DNA from: Xylographa opegraphella
Taxonomy: Eukaryota
NCBI GenBank assembly: GCA_022813865.1
Contig: JALDZX010000004.1
Span: 372,001-436,000, forward strand
Reading direction: 5' to 3'
Length of the DNA: 64,000 bases
Shown: positions 25,714 to 38,474 of the stretch, piece after piece
Position numbering within the stretch: position 1 is the stretch's first letter
How the letters are laid out: the number at the start of each line of letters is the position of its first letter
Notes under the pieces: model-generated
Database searches by the model: none
Seen by the model: only the letters and a program-made list of their open reading frames with translations
Told to the model about the DNA's origin: nothing
Translations under genes and position numbers: made by a program

Positions 25714-26537
25714 GACAAAGATAGGACTCATAGTGATGATAAAAGAGCATACGCTGTGGGCCATAGGACACTCTGATAATAGTATGACCGCACGCTGTGT
25801 CTCCACTCATACACTATTTTCCTGCTCGTAGAGTGGCTACTTGAGATTAAACCATATTAGTAGTTAGGCGGAAGGCACAGCCTCTTCAATGCGAACAGAA
25901 ATCCGAAGCAGCGCTTAAAATAGCGGAAACGCTCCGTTCACGACGAATGATTTCTCGCCAGTAATATTGCCGCGTGAAGACGGTTTGAATTGTGGGCCAT
26001 TTTAGCCCAGTTCCCCTAATAGCCAACCTGTAGTTGTTATGAAGGTCCTTGCTATCAGGCTGCTCCGAGGCCATGAAAACGATGGAACCATGTGAGACCT
26101 TCTCAATAGACGTGATCCGAACAGGAGCTCGACAACTTTGTCACACAATGGTAGGCGGGAAGATCCAGTCCGGTATCATTTTCTTCACCCTCTTCTGTTC
26201 CTTACCTCCAGGATTTGTCGAGCGCAGCAGAAATCAAGGTGTGTTTGGGCCTGAACCTAACAAACAGTACTGATATCTCTGCCATACAACCTGTTCATAG
26301 CTCTTAAGCAACTTATGCCTGACGTAAGTATAACCTCTGCGCTGCGACATTGTATCTGACGAGTTATGCTCAAAACACTCGGCAGATTATCTTTCAGTTG
26401 AGGGGAACTGAGAATAAAGCTAGCCTCGGATAGATACCAGCCAACCTCCAATATCGTCTTGGGTCTTAATCTTAATCTCGGTAGGCTCTGGTATCAGCTC
26501 TGGTCACAGCCCATGAAGACATCTCCGACAGAGAACG

Positions 26538-28191
26538 TCAGGCTTCGTGTCTATTTTCATCGACTAAAAGAAAATCGTCCTCAATTTGCTCAGGATCTTG
26601 TATGACCACGTCCTCCTGACTTTCATGGTTGATAAATATGAATGACAAAAAGACGACACAAGCTCCTATCCAATAAACAGCGCTTGAGGTCTGCGAATTG
26701 ATGATCATTTGACCAATAAGTGACAGTGGTATACATAGACTGATACCCACTGTCACTACCAAGGGAGAAGTCAGCAACATTGCATAAGCCCAGCAAAAAT
26801 CAGAGACTAGGGATGTGATAGAGTTGACCTAACGAAATTGTAAGCCAAATCTAATCTCTAACTGGAAATGGAACGACACTTACCACCACGATGGTCCATA
26901 TTCTGTTCGTAGGGGGAAGTTCAAATGTCTCAAGTCCAGTAAAGTGCAGTACTAAAAATCCAGGCCAGAGGGTCACCATATTGAAAGCTCCTACAAACCC
27001 AAAGAAAAGCAACATGTCGACCTTGCCTTCATCACCTATTCGCTTCTTCATGAAAATGGTGTATATTCCGTACAGAACAGCACTTCCCAGTGCAAGAATA
27101 TCGCCAATGGCAATTTGTGTAGCCGACTTGTGAGGGAATGATCCTCGATTCTCATCGGTACTTCCCGAGAGGTCGACCGTGGAAATAAGCATAATTCCTG
27201 CCAATGACGCAAGGACTCCAATCATTTTCTTGACAGTAAATTTTTCAACCTTAAGAAGAGCTCCGAATAGGAGTGTCCAAATGCCTGGAGGAGAATATAA
27301 GCAAAATCCTCATTACGGAAGTTGTTATACTGACTACTAGTCGACATAAGTATTGTGGAGCTCGCAACCGTTGTGTATTCTAAACATGCCGCAATAAAAT
27401 AATTTGCCTAATACGAAGTTAGGCGTGTCTCGGCGAGTAATGTAGAGGCTCCTTACAGCGAACTGTGGATTTTGTTAGTATAAGGTTTACTCGTATGCCA
27501 TCGAGATATACACACCCAAAGTAGACAGAATTCAAGACTTAGTTTGGCTGTATCTCTAACACTTAAACCAGCTGCCTTGGGAGGATGAACACCGCGGAGA
27601 AGAGTCTTAGAGGTGCTCATGGATTCATCGTTGTAAAGTAAGCCACTTGACGACGGGTTCACTCCTTCAGTGTCGGGTCCTAAATCGGGCTTCAGGAAAG
27701 CTTCATGCTCAGGGCCCCCTACAGATCCATAACGAACGTGGTGGGTATTGCCACGCATGACCTTCCCAATAGAGCCTTGGTTTTCCCATAGTTGGCGAAT
27801 AAAACTGGACAAGAGGAAGAGCGAGAAGAATGAAGTGTTAAGGTATGTGACGAAGTATGGCTTAGAAAAGGAATTGTCTGCAAATATCGTCTTGTAACTG
27901 CGAATCAGTTTGGTCGGGTCTTCAATCAGGGCATACACTTACACTAGCTAAGAAATTAGACACTGTCCATAGTAGAACTGTTATAAGCAGGAGGACGATT
28001 CCAAGGGTCCGTCGAGCAAGTCCACCAAGACTTTTGTGAGGCACGGAAATGGATCTTGGAGAGCCCTGGTCCGATCTGGTAGATGTCCTTGGTGTCATGT
28101 TTTCCTGATAGACTTGTGTGTCACCATCTGACATTTGTAGAGACGGCTCCAAAGTAGGTGCAGGCGGCACTGGTACAGTAGCGGCGCTCAT
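26538..28191 (-). CDS. DMT/EamA-type membrane transporter, SLC35F5/Thi74/YML018C-like, multi-exon
   Basis: LGIVLLLITVLLWTVSNFL; IFADNSFSKPYFVTYLNTSFF; TAKLSLEFCLLW; GDILALGSAVLYGIY; MLLTSPLVVTVGISLCIPL; multiple hydrophobic segments. Confidence 0.88.
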
Positions 28192-28847
28192 CGCAACTGC
28201 TTAGGGAGGCTTCCAAGTAGACCTTGAGGCACGAGAGAGCTGAACTGTAAGCATGAATAGTATAGTAACACACTCCACTTAACCAATACAGGTATGGTAA
28301 CAAGCCAGGATGTCGAGAAAAGTAATGATGGTATGCAACATGTGGTCGTGTGTCATACGGCTCGGGTTTCACGAGGCATGGTTGCATGCTTGATTTGCCT
28401 TGGCTGCCCTCGGCCCATTAGTTGCCCTTCAGCCCGATGCGTCTCCGGAGTCATTCAGTCACTTTTAGAGCGGCCGACGGAATCAGGAACGCTGTACAAA
28501 GCGGTGAACACCCATAATTCTGGATATTTCCGGCGGTCTTTACCTATAATAGTCGCTCTATGATACTGCTCACTGGATGCACTGTGCCGTAGCAGGGTCG
28601 ATACTAGAGCCCATGTATCAACAGGCTCGTCGTTTATATGGGCTCTACGACTGAATGTATATAATTATTCGATATACACGAGCTTCAAAGCAGCCACTTC
28701 CAACGCACCAACCAAGTAAATGTAGCCAGCATCGCATACCAGACCCAGCCTCCTGACTCCCAAAATGCTTGAGAATGTATGAAATGAATAGTGCGTGAGA
28801 CAAGGTTGAGATATGCACCATGAGATACATGTTAAACAGTCTGGACA

Positions 28848-29739
28848 TCAGCACGCACACCCGTCGCGCTCTTTGTCCAGGTGGATGTCTATTGGGTCCG
28901 AGAAATCTCCACTATACTCTTCGGATTCCTCCTGAGCCAAAGCGTTGCGGGCAATAACTATACGACTGATAAGTCGGCGATATATGGAATTTGGAGTATC
29001 TGAACATACCTTCGAAGGCCTGTTCGACATTGACTGCTTCCTTAGCGCTTGTCTCGAAGTACGGGATTCCTCCTTTCGACTGGCAAAAGGTCATGGCTCT
29101 CTTGGACGTTATCATTCGTTTGTTCTCTTCGACGTCTATCTTATTGCCCAAGACAACCTACTCCTCAATCAGTACAAAATCCCCTTCTCAGAATCGGGTT
29201 GCATACAAATGGAAAGCTTTCTGGATCACGTGGGCTGGCTTGTATTAAGAATTCATCCCTCCAGCTGTCCAAGGTATCAAAACTCTTCGAGTTGTTCACA
29301 TCATACACCAGTACGCAGCAATCGGCCCCTCTGTAGAACGCAACACCTAGTGACTGAAAGCGCTCTTGCCCTGCCGTGTCCCATAGCTGAAGGGACAAAT
29401 CAGCGCATGCTATAAGTGCGGCATTCCTAGGTACGGACCTGCATAGTCACCAGTCGGTCCTCGACGAGAACTTCTTTCGTGAGAAAGTCGGCGCCAATGG
29501 TAGCTTTGTAACTTGCGCTGAATTTCTTGTTGACCTAGGAGCGGCGGTATCAGTACCAGGCGGCGGACGTAACCTAGGGATTCAAGGCAGAATCATACAT
29601 ATTGGTTCATCAAACTAGTCTTACCGACTCCACTGTCACCAAGGATAATGACCTACGGAGCACTGGTCAGCTTAGCGCATAGACTTTGCTCAATACAATC
29701 TTGTCTTACCTTGAGGAGGACCTTCTTCCGTGACGCCAT
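28848..29739 (-). CDS. YPT7: Rab7/Ypt7 small GTPase, multi-exon
   Basis: [75 protein letters not shown]-terminal GCAC* (CxC prenylation). Confidence 0.97.
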
Positions 29740-30148
29740 CGGATTACTAGAATAGGCACGACTTTGACTGCCGGTGCCTTTTCCAATACAAGCTCTGTGT
29801 TTGCAGATTGTGTATGTATGCGTTGACTGTCGTTTAGTGCAGAAGAAGTTGTCTCGGTAATAGTGCGTGGGTCTATATTAATTCTACCGTTGAGTCTCCT
29901 CATATGTTGCAGCACGGGATCATGATGTGGTGTTTGAAGCGTAGGTACCCTTGTCATCGGCGGCAGGGATCACGTCGCGCTAGTGGTCGTGCCTGAGCAT
30001 TGAGTTTTCTGTTCAGTTATCAATCCGTTGTCCATCCATATCAGAGATCATAATGAGTGTATCATTACTCAAATCATAGTGATGGAGGCACTTCTCTACA
30101 GGATTTCAGGTTTAGTACTACATCAAGATAAGCACTGAATAGACTGCC

Positions 30149-30846
30149 ATGTCCTCTTGGCGGGCAGAGTATCTTGCTGCCCTCCAGGCACGCAATGCCC
30201 GTGAACAGGCAAACAAAGAAGTCTACGATGCCTGTAAATAAGCTGATTCATAGCGTACTGAATCAGTTTACTGAGTATGATTCGACAGACACCCGCTTGG
30301 CTAATCGAGCAGCCGGCCTCAGCACAACTCAGAGCCCTGAGCTGCCGGGATCCAGTGGAAAGGAGAAAGTAAGGGGAATCGCGCCTTCAGCGCCAGTGAC
30401 AGTAGATATCTCTGCTGCGCAGCTTAGGCAGAATCTCGCCGAAGCTCAGCGCAGTAGAGGCGAACTAGAAACCCGCATTGTCGCCATAACCAAGGAACTG
30501 GAGAAGCTACAACTAAAGTCTACACTGGAGAGTCAACGCATCAACGAGCTCATTGCAGAGAAATCGAATCTCCTAAAGAAACTGAGAGATCGAGATGAGG
30601 AATTGCGAGGCAAGAGCAAGCTGTTGGAGGTCAGGTCAAGTTGCTAGTCAACGCAGCAAGTATACAGCTGAACTAAGATCGACATAGGATGTACATGATG
30701 AGACTCTGTCGCTGACTATTGAGCTCAATATGGCGGAAGAAACGAACAAGAAGCTGAAACTAGAAAATCAGGAGTTAGTAGACCGGTGGATGGCTCGTAA
30801 AGGGCAAGAGGCAGACGCGATGAACACAGCATCAAAGTTTTCATAA
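30149..30846 (+). CDS. ATG16: Autophagy protein Atg16, 3 exons
   Basis: [22 protein letters not shown]tg5-binding helix; coiled coil [25 protein letters not shown]...[21 protein letters not shown]. Confidence 0.9.
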
Positions 30847-31024
30847 ATATGCTTGCAATTGCTTTCTAGATTGGTGGGTATCTATTTAAGTGGAGTCCAG
30901 ACTCCACGGCTATGCAACCAGAACCCATTCGCTATGCCTGGTATCCAAATGCACCTATACTGTTTACTACCGAGGTGACCGCCGGCATCCAACACGGTCA
31001 GAATCACTTCTCTATATTTGAGTG

Positions 31025-32515
31025 CTACTCATTCCTCGCAGCAAAGGCTTTGATCTTTCTTGAATCCTTGCGAGAGACATAGTAGGTTCCAGGAGCTGCA
31101 GTCCAGCTTACGCATTCGGAAAAGTACTCTTTCTGCTCGACGTCCAGAACATTGAAAGGCGAGTATAGATTTCTGGCGCTGATCTTGTGGCCAGCTGGCA
31201 CAAAAGACTTCAAGGAGACGATGCGACATCCTTCTTTGAGGTCCAAGAATAGGCTTGTAAGTCGTTCATTGAGCTGGGGAGTGAATGCTTGGTTGTTGAC
31301 AAGCACCACGTCGGCTTTGGGAAGGATCTTCGCGATTGCAGTGTTGCTCAAGAAATCCCCTCGCTCAAGATGGATGTCTCCAGCTGCCAAACCCCACAGG
31401 CGGCACCGGGCTTCAAATTCTGCTTGTTGCTGCTCGGCCAAGTCGCAAGTGTTCTTCATCATTTCACAGCCCCAACTCTCACAGCCTATTTCCAAGGCAG
31501 TTTGTAAGACTACATTACCAACTCCAGATCCTAGATCTACAAAAATCTGGTCAGACTTTAGATGGGTGTCTTCCCTAAGAATGCGTGATACGAATCGTGG
31601 CAATAGCTCGCCGTAGACATTATCCGTTCCATTCTCATACTCTCGCAGAGACTTGATACCTAAAGATACAGTACGGGCGCAGGCTTGACTGAGAATTCGT
31701 TCGACCAAATCCGGTTGAATATTGTGGTATTCGTCCAGAACTTCAGAGATGACCCCATTCGCCCGGAGCTTGTTAAGGGCATCATTCCAGTCTTCAATAA
31801 CAGTCGTCAGTTCATGCTCGGACTTGCGGCTGATTGCTCGGTGCAGCCTTTTAGGATATCCTGTTGCATCGTTGTCGAACAGCTCGCGCTGAGAAAGGGG
31901 AAGATAGTGTGCTATTACTTGGTGCATCACATGCACAATATCCTCGAGCGCGTTGAAGTCATTATTGTCAGAGCGTTTCGTTCGCGGCTGCATGAGAAGA
32001 TATCGTTCTCTTTGTGATGCAGATGGGTACTGTAGAGACACTTCGGTGTTTTCAGGCAGACCCTCAAATGACGGTATATATTTTGTTGTCTTGTCCAATA
32101 AAGGAATGTCGGCAGCATGTACCATAGGGAAGATGCCTCCGTCGTCCTCAGAGAAAGCACTCTTGTTCCTAACTTGTCGCTTTAAATCTAGATTTTGGTC
32201 CGATGCTGCCTTGAGCTTTTTCCTAGAGCCATCCTGTTCCTCTTCGTCTCCAGCCTCACTATCATCACTACTGAAGTTGACGAGCCCTTGCGAAGGAGTT
32301 CGCCTCTTCCGCGTGATTTCGTTCTCTTTCTTGATCCGGACTTTTTCGGGCACGTGCTTGATCTGCTTTCGAGATTGTTGCAGATTACTGGAACGTGAAG
32401 CAGCATGGACTGAAGGGGCTGTGCGGATAGTCGTTTTCGTAGTTACGACTTCCTTTCTGATTTGTAAAGACTGTGTGCTCGCCGAAGATTTTTTCAATAA
32501 ATAGTTGAACGACAT
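31025..32515 (-). CDS. DOT1: Histone H3K79 methyltransferase Dot1 (start could be 32542)
   Basis: LQYPSASQRERY; YENGTDNVYGELLP; FVDLGSGVGNVVLQTALEIGCESWGCE; VVLVNNQAF; LDLKEGCRIVSLKSF; VSWT. Confidence 0.95.
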   Translation of the reverse strand: MSFNYLLKKSSASTQSLQIRKEVVTTKTTIRTAPSVHAASRSSNLQQSRKQIKHVPEKVRIKKENEITRKRRTPSQGLVNFSSDDSEAGDEEEQDGSRKKLKAASDQNLDLKRQVRNKSAFSEDDGGIFPMVHAADIPLLDKTTKYIPSFEGLPENTEVSLQYPSASQRERYLLMQPRTKRSDNNDFNALEDIVHVMHQVIAHYLPLSQRELFDNDATGYPKRLHRAISRKSEHELTTVIEDWNDALNKLRANGVISEVLDEYHNIQPDLVERILSQACARTVSLGIKSLREYENGTDNVYGELLPRFVSRILREDTHLKSDQIFVDLGSGVGNVVLQTALEIGCESWGCEMMKNTCDLAEQQQAEFEARCRLWGLAAGDIHLERGDFLSNTAIAKILPKADVVLVNNQAFTPQLNERLTSLFLDLKEGCRIVSLKSFVPAGHKISARNLYSPFNVLDVEQKEYFSECVSWTAAPGTYYVSRKDSRKIKAFAARNE

Positions 32516-34394
32516 GCTGCAGAAAGTGGTGGAGGTAAACATATGCTCATAATGAGGGTGGTAGTAGCTGTCTATATTCTAGACTATGACTTTAGCAACA
32601 AATCCTTGACATGGTCAAAAGTGGACGGTCATTACGACAATTGTGGTAACGGCTGTGAAGCTCAGTGTTCCCAGCTGTCGCTTGTCACATGATGCATGAC
32701 TGAAATATCTCAAGCCCGATTGGGTTTAACGTGCTTGTTCTTCTATGTTCGTATATTTACACAACAAGCCTTTGTATGAATGACAGTGTACAATTCGAAC
32801 GATTTCTATTGGTATTAGATATACTTTTGGTTCACCATCTGTGTAACTTGTGTCCTCCTAAAATCTGCATTCTATTCCAGCAATGATGTGTATATGCCAC
32901 TCAGGCAATGCAGCATGCTATATGGTAGGAAGATATCAATTGGGTTATCAGCTGTTGTACAGACATGTATCCTACTTGCTTGGATTTTTGATGACAACGG
33001 ATCTTCATTTTATTTGTATAAGATATCGTGCAGCTTAAATCTGTCTTTAAGCTTGGTTCAATCGGATTCTTCACAGGCATATACACGCCAACGGTATCGA
33101 TAAATATCAGCTTCCGGAGTGAGGCAGACAATCACAGATGGCGTCCAAGACAATAATCCAGGGAAGGGCGGGTTGTCTTGACGTCTAATCGGTATTCAGA
33201 GGATCACGACTTTGATCCTGTGGTTTTTAAGACGGCAAGGTGTCGTTACCCACCATAAGCTAACCTCAGGTCTTAGATGTCGGCGTATCCTACTAGAAAC
33301 GAAGTACCGCCTAATAATCGCATCAGACTCGAGAATAACTGTATGGGATTTTGCTGATGGTCGTTCGGCAGGTTGAGGAGATTAAAATCCGGGTAATGCG
33401 GGCTTACATCGTATCGTATTACTTGTGTTGATTACACTGGATGACCTACTTCGGTAGATCAGATGGCAGGTCTTCTCAAAGCGACGCAAATCTTCCCACA
33501 GTGCAGGCTTCATCACAGTGAGTTACATGTATAGTAAACTGGCGCATACTACACTATGATGCGTCTCGAAGGTCGAATACTTACCTCCGGATGTTGTGTT
33601 CCGGAAGGTGACATACCCAATAGCCGAAGGATATTGCAAATGACCGTAAGCATTGGTACCCGAAATCTACGCCGAAGCTTGACTTCCTTTTCTGATCATA
33701 TACGGTCAAGATTTCCGGCCTTAGAGTGGTCAGCAATAGGTTTTTATACCCTACGCTGCGTAAGACGCGAGGGCTCATACCCTTGTACCAACAGGCTTCT
33801 CGATAGAACTACTAGACTGCATTTTTAGTCTTTCCGCATGAGTGGCGTTGTTCCGTGCCTGCAATCTTGAAACAATCTGCCAATGGTTCGTGGCGGCTGA
33901 TTGTGTGTACACCACTTCGAAGGTCTTGTTCTGTTGCTACCAAACTCGATTGTCTGAGAACGTATTCACAAGAGATACTGATTTTATTACACAAGGAGTT
34001 GCACATCAATTTTGCAACCTTTATTGAACGCATTTCCGTCTGCTTTTAATTCTACCAAGTCAACATATACTGTCATGGATGTATTCCTCAGGGCTTGAAG
34101 CGAACCACTCGCATTCTCTATTTGAGCTCGAACGTTATTTGAGGAACCTGGTATGTTCGAGGCAACTAGCCATATGTGTGAGGTCAGTTCCATGGTTCTG
34201 TGTGCTTAGTCCTGGACACGCAGATTGAAGCTCAACTCGTTCCTGCGACTGGACGTTCAAACTGTCTGGCTCCTAGGGAATTGAATTGTGGGACAGGCTA
34301 CGTTGGATGCAGCGTTGATGGTGCCGGTTCTTCGTGGCTGACTGCATTCGAGTCTCAAGCCATGGCAAATGAAATACCTTGGGCACTCACTGTG

Positions 34395-34402
34395 TATAAA
34401 TA
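34395..34402 (+). promoter_or_regulatory. TATA box upstream of the small secreted protein gene
   Basis: TATAAATA about 160 nt upstream of ATG 34557, followed by a CA-rich leader typical of highly expressed fungal secreted-protein genes. Confidence 0.55.
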
Positions 34403-34556
34403 CTCGGTTGCCTCCTGCGTTTCGTACTGTATCATTGTTGATCCAATCACTGTCTTTCACTCTCCACCAAGCATCGATCAATTGCACCCCCATCAACAAC
34501 GCATTACACAATTTTCTCACTATCGCACTTCCAATTTAATTCTCACAATCGACAGA

Positions 34557-35012
34557 ATGCATTTCCTCTCTACTTCGGCCTTACTCGCAAGTCTTCTATC
34601 ATCAGCATTCGCCGCACCTGTCTCTCCCATCAGCGAGGTCGTAAACTCTCCCAGGTCGCTTGGCCTTGAAAAACGCGCACTCTCAGTGAAATGGAATGTC
34701 TATTACAACGCTGGCTGCAGCGGACCGATCCAGAAGACAATCGAGTTCAACAGCCCAGGGCTGGCATGCTACACGCTCAACCCAGCAAACTCTTGGCAAT
34801 TCTATCCAGCAGCGAACACCGTGGGTAAGAGTGCCCTTGCTCCTTAACCTCTGGTCTCCCGCTGATGTAGCTCCTCCGCAGCTGAGGTTCATACATATGG
34901 TGGGAATACTCTAGGTGTCAGTGGATGTTATGGCGGAAACCAGGTTGTGAGACCAGGAGCTTGCTACTCTGGGGCCGCAGGTTGGCATGCTATCGGTATA
35001 GCATCATCTTGA
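34557..35012 (+). CDS. Small secreted Cys-containing protein (132 aa; signal + pro-peptide ending LEKR; 92-aa mature part with 4 Cys); intron 34825-34881
   Basis: Hydrophobic signal MHFLSTSALLASLLSSAFA|AP; Kex2 site LEKR; GTAAGA donor, GCTGAT branch and CAG acceptor give exon 2 AEVHTYGGNTLGVSGCYGGNQVVRPGACYSGAAGWHAIGIASS*. Confidence 0.8.
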
Positions 35013-35583
35013 ACCTGTAGCAACTATGGTATGGCCATCGTCGACTCATATGGTCACGGTGGGGAGCCCCAGGATTCCGTCTGACTCCTATACTTGTCAC
35101 TGCCATAGTTTGCTGAAGACCTGCAGCACCGTTGGATATCTTCTTCACTTGTTACTTGTGTCTATTTCTTCTCTTTCCTTCCTGACATTCTATATTGGTG
35201 AATCAGGACCTGGTGTGTCGAAACACATCTTGTCTCGTAACTTCTAGCTCAGGCAGTAATCCAATTGGGTAATGTTTCTGCTTGCCAGTACGGAGATGGA
35301 AACAATTAGGTTCACCAACGCAGTATTATTGGAATGCTTCGATGTTTCCTTGTCGCAACGACCATTAATATTTCAAAACAAATAGTCTGCATTACACTAG
35401 CTTTCATGGCTCTTACGTTATGCGATTCTCTAATATCAATGCAAATCGTCATATCTATTGCTAGGCTCATCAAATCATCTGAGGAGTATGCGACACCCAA
35501 TGTGTTCCACAAGTTCTAGCGTGGATTGTAGAGACGCCTGAACCCCAGCAGAACTCGTCCAGCATTAAAATCCTTTGCAGATC

Positions 35584-38170
35584 TTACAACTTCGACCTCA
35601 CCCCTTCCAACCTAAACTTCACGTCCTTTAACACCTTGCTTGCCGGTTTCCAGGCGTCGAACTGCTTGAGCAGCTCATTCATTTCATCAAGCATCTCCGC
35701 ACGTACATATTCCTCCTCTAAAACGCCTCGCATCGCAAACGGAAGTATATAAGGGTTCTGTGAAATTGGCGGTGTGGAGCGATTGGCATGGAATGTGGCT
35801 TGGGGGATGGCGGTGGTTTCTAAGGCGTACTCGACAGCCAGTCTAAGGAATGTGCTATTTTAGCATCCAGATACTTCGTTAGTGAAGCGGACGGACGTAC
35901 GAATAGACAGCAGGATCTTCATATATCCTCGAATGACCTTCTCCACCATAGAGGCTACCAGCTAGCGGAGAGCTGAGCTCGCGTATCAAGCCATGATCTG
36001 GTACTCCCAGGTTGCGGAGTTTCAGTGCGAAGGCGACAAGGTGAGTGATGAAGTCAGATGCATGTACTCTGCCGTCCACGAACACTGCTCGGAAAATGTA
36101 TGGGTGCTCAATTACGCCGAAGGTCGAGGATTCAAGTGAGACGAGCTGATCGTCAATGCTTCCGACGTAGACAATTTTGACACCAAACTTCAAAGCATGC
36201 TCTAAGGCTGCTTCGTAGTCTTTCGAGACGCGGCTATCTGGACGAGCAAAATCAAAAAGCTCTCCAGCGGAACCGCTTATCCATCGAGATTTATAGTCTG
36301 CAAATGGCCCAAGATTAACGCCAGCCATCGCACATATGCCTATTCGAGCTCCGTTAACACAACCGAACTTGATAAGTTTGGCAACAAGCATGATTGCCAC
36401 TGGAACTCCTTGACTATGACATGCTATCAGAATAAAGTCTGATTTACTGATATCCTCAATCCAGTTAAGTATCAGTTTCCAGAGCAGGTCAACCCGCTCT
36501 TCAATCTTTCCCTCGCCCTCAAGTGCAATCTTTTCAGTCTCACACGAGTACCCATGTGCTTCGGTCCATTTCCGGATAGCGCTTGCAGCAGAATCAGCAA
36601 ACCTGATTGATGTGCCCGTTGGTTGTCCTAACACCGAGCGAAGCAAAGGGGCGGGAAAGTAACCGTGTACACCAATTGCAAGAGCTTTCTTGATACGTGG
36701 TGGTTCTTTCAAAAGGCTCACATGTCTGGGTATTGTAGCTTTCGTGGCGTATAGGTAGTTTCTGAGCTGTTCCAGCAAGCCTGGGGTATCTTCATGACGA
36801 TAGGTTTGTTTGAGTGAGGGTAGGATCAAGTTATTTGAAATGGCTTGCGCGTCGAAGGGGAGTTTTGCGGCTGCCGACTTATCATGTGTCTGTATTGCGG
36901 TGCCATGGTTGCCAGTGGAGTTAGTGGTGCTCCTGCTAGTTGGACGAACATCTTCGGATACTTCTAGAGATTGCGGTCGCTCCCGTTTCGAAGACTTTCC
37001 AGTCCCTGCTGGCATTTTTTTGTTTACGCTCATCACGGCACTTTCCGGCTCGGACTGAGATTTTGAACCAGCAACAGCCAATTCACCGACATTGGAAGAT
37101 GACGGATTTTCCAAGTCCGCTGTGCTTATATTTCCGCGCGACCAGAAGGCCCATCCAGATGACCCCATGTGGTCAGCATTTCCTGTGCTTTCTTCTGGTT
37201 TCAATGCTACATCTTCGACCTTGGTCTTTGCGGCAATAGCAACGTCACTCTTTATTATGGGGGCCTGAGGAACTTTCTCCACACTTCCTGCTGTATTGCC
37301 CCAAATTCCCAGCCAGGATTTTGGGGGTTCTGCGTTGGTTGCTATGTTTGACAGGATAGGATCCGAGTTCCTTCTTTTAACTAAATCCGGGGTATTCGTA
37401 GGTGAAACGGTTGCTATGTTGGCCCCTCCGGGTGGGTTGGTTGCTGCTTCCGTTTTCGAAAACCATCCAAGCCATCTCTGCTGGTTTGGTGTTTGGGTTT
37501 CTGCTGTAATCTCTTGTCCCTTGATGGGTACGTCTTCCAGCTGGTCTTTCGCGCCATCTGGCGCATTGTCATCCTTTTGGTCAGTCGCCATCTCCTCAGC
37601 ACGCAACTTGGACCCAACTAGAGGCTTGTGATCATTTGGCTTCTCTTCCGATTCTGCATTAAACCCTGCTTCGTGTGGCCCATCATCACTCGCTGGAAAT
37701 CTATTAGTATTACTTTTTGTAGCAGAAATTGGCAGAGATCTGCTTGAGCCCTCCAGATTTCGAGACAAGTAGAGCGAAGGAACGCTAGGAGGGGAAGTAG
37801 ACTGTGGCTCGTGGCCACGAATGGAAGAAGCAGCGATGGAAACGGTTCCTGTCGCTCGCGATATACTTGCACTGGCAGAAGAAATGCTCTCCATTGCGAC
37901 TTGCGTTATAGGAGCCGCCTTTGGTGTCCTGGGCCACGTCCCACCATACCACCCTTTCTTTGACGTCGAAGTATTCGGCCCTCCATTCTGAACCTTTTTG
38001 ATAGTACTTGTGGCTTCTTTTGTTTCTGAAGCCACACTCGGCTGTCCAGTAGGAGTGTTAGATACCCCAGATACCTCGGGGTCATCGGGTAAAGGTATTG
38101 CTTTAGGTAGAGGAACTTTGGCGGCCAATTCGGCCTCTGGATTTGGCTTGGTCTTCTTACGAGGCCCCAT
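35584..38170 (-). CDS. YML020W-like alpha/beta-hydrolase-fold protein with long disordered N-terminus; intron 35843-35900
   Basis: IGVHGYFPAPLLRSVLGQPTGTSIRFA; IALEGEGKI; ACHSQGVPV nucleophile-elbow-like motif; GSIDDQLV; GEGHSRIY; exon 2 NPYILPFAMRG...WKP...LKDVKFRLEGVRSKL*. Confidence 0.82.
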
Positions 38171-38474
38171 TGAGATACGTCAACGCTGCGGTACGTTTGC
38201 CTATCATATCATTGCGGATTGCCTCTGCATCTGCAAGAACGACTATCAAAACTGCATTGCAGAACCCGCAGAGATGATGGTTGAAGCGCGCGCGCGTGCC
38301 CCACGTGCCAAGGCAGTCGTCATGAGTTTGCTGCTTAAAGTTACCGTCTGGCCGTCCTCAGCCGCATGGCGCTAGTATCTTGTGCTAGAGCGAAATCTTG
38401 GCGTCAACCACATTCGAAAATCATTCGAAATCCCTTGCTAGTCCGTAACTGCTATTTGGCGCTGTTGTCTAAAT

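Noticed and set aside
34200..34556. N-terminal 119 aa of the 215-aa ORF 34200-34847
   Set aside because: Non-ATG start, and the stretch spans the TATA box; the signal peptide begins at ATG 34557.
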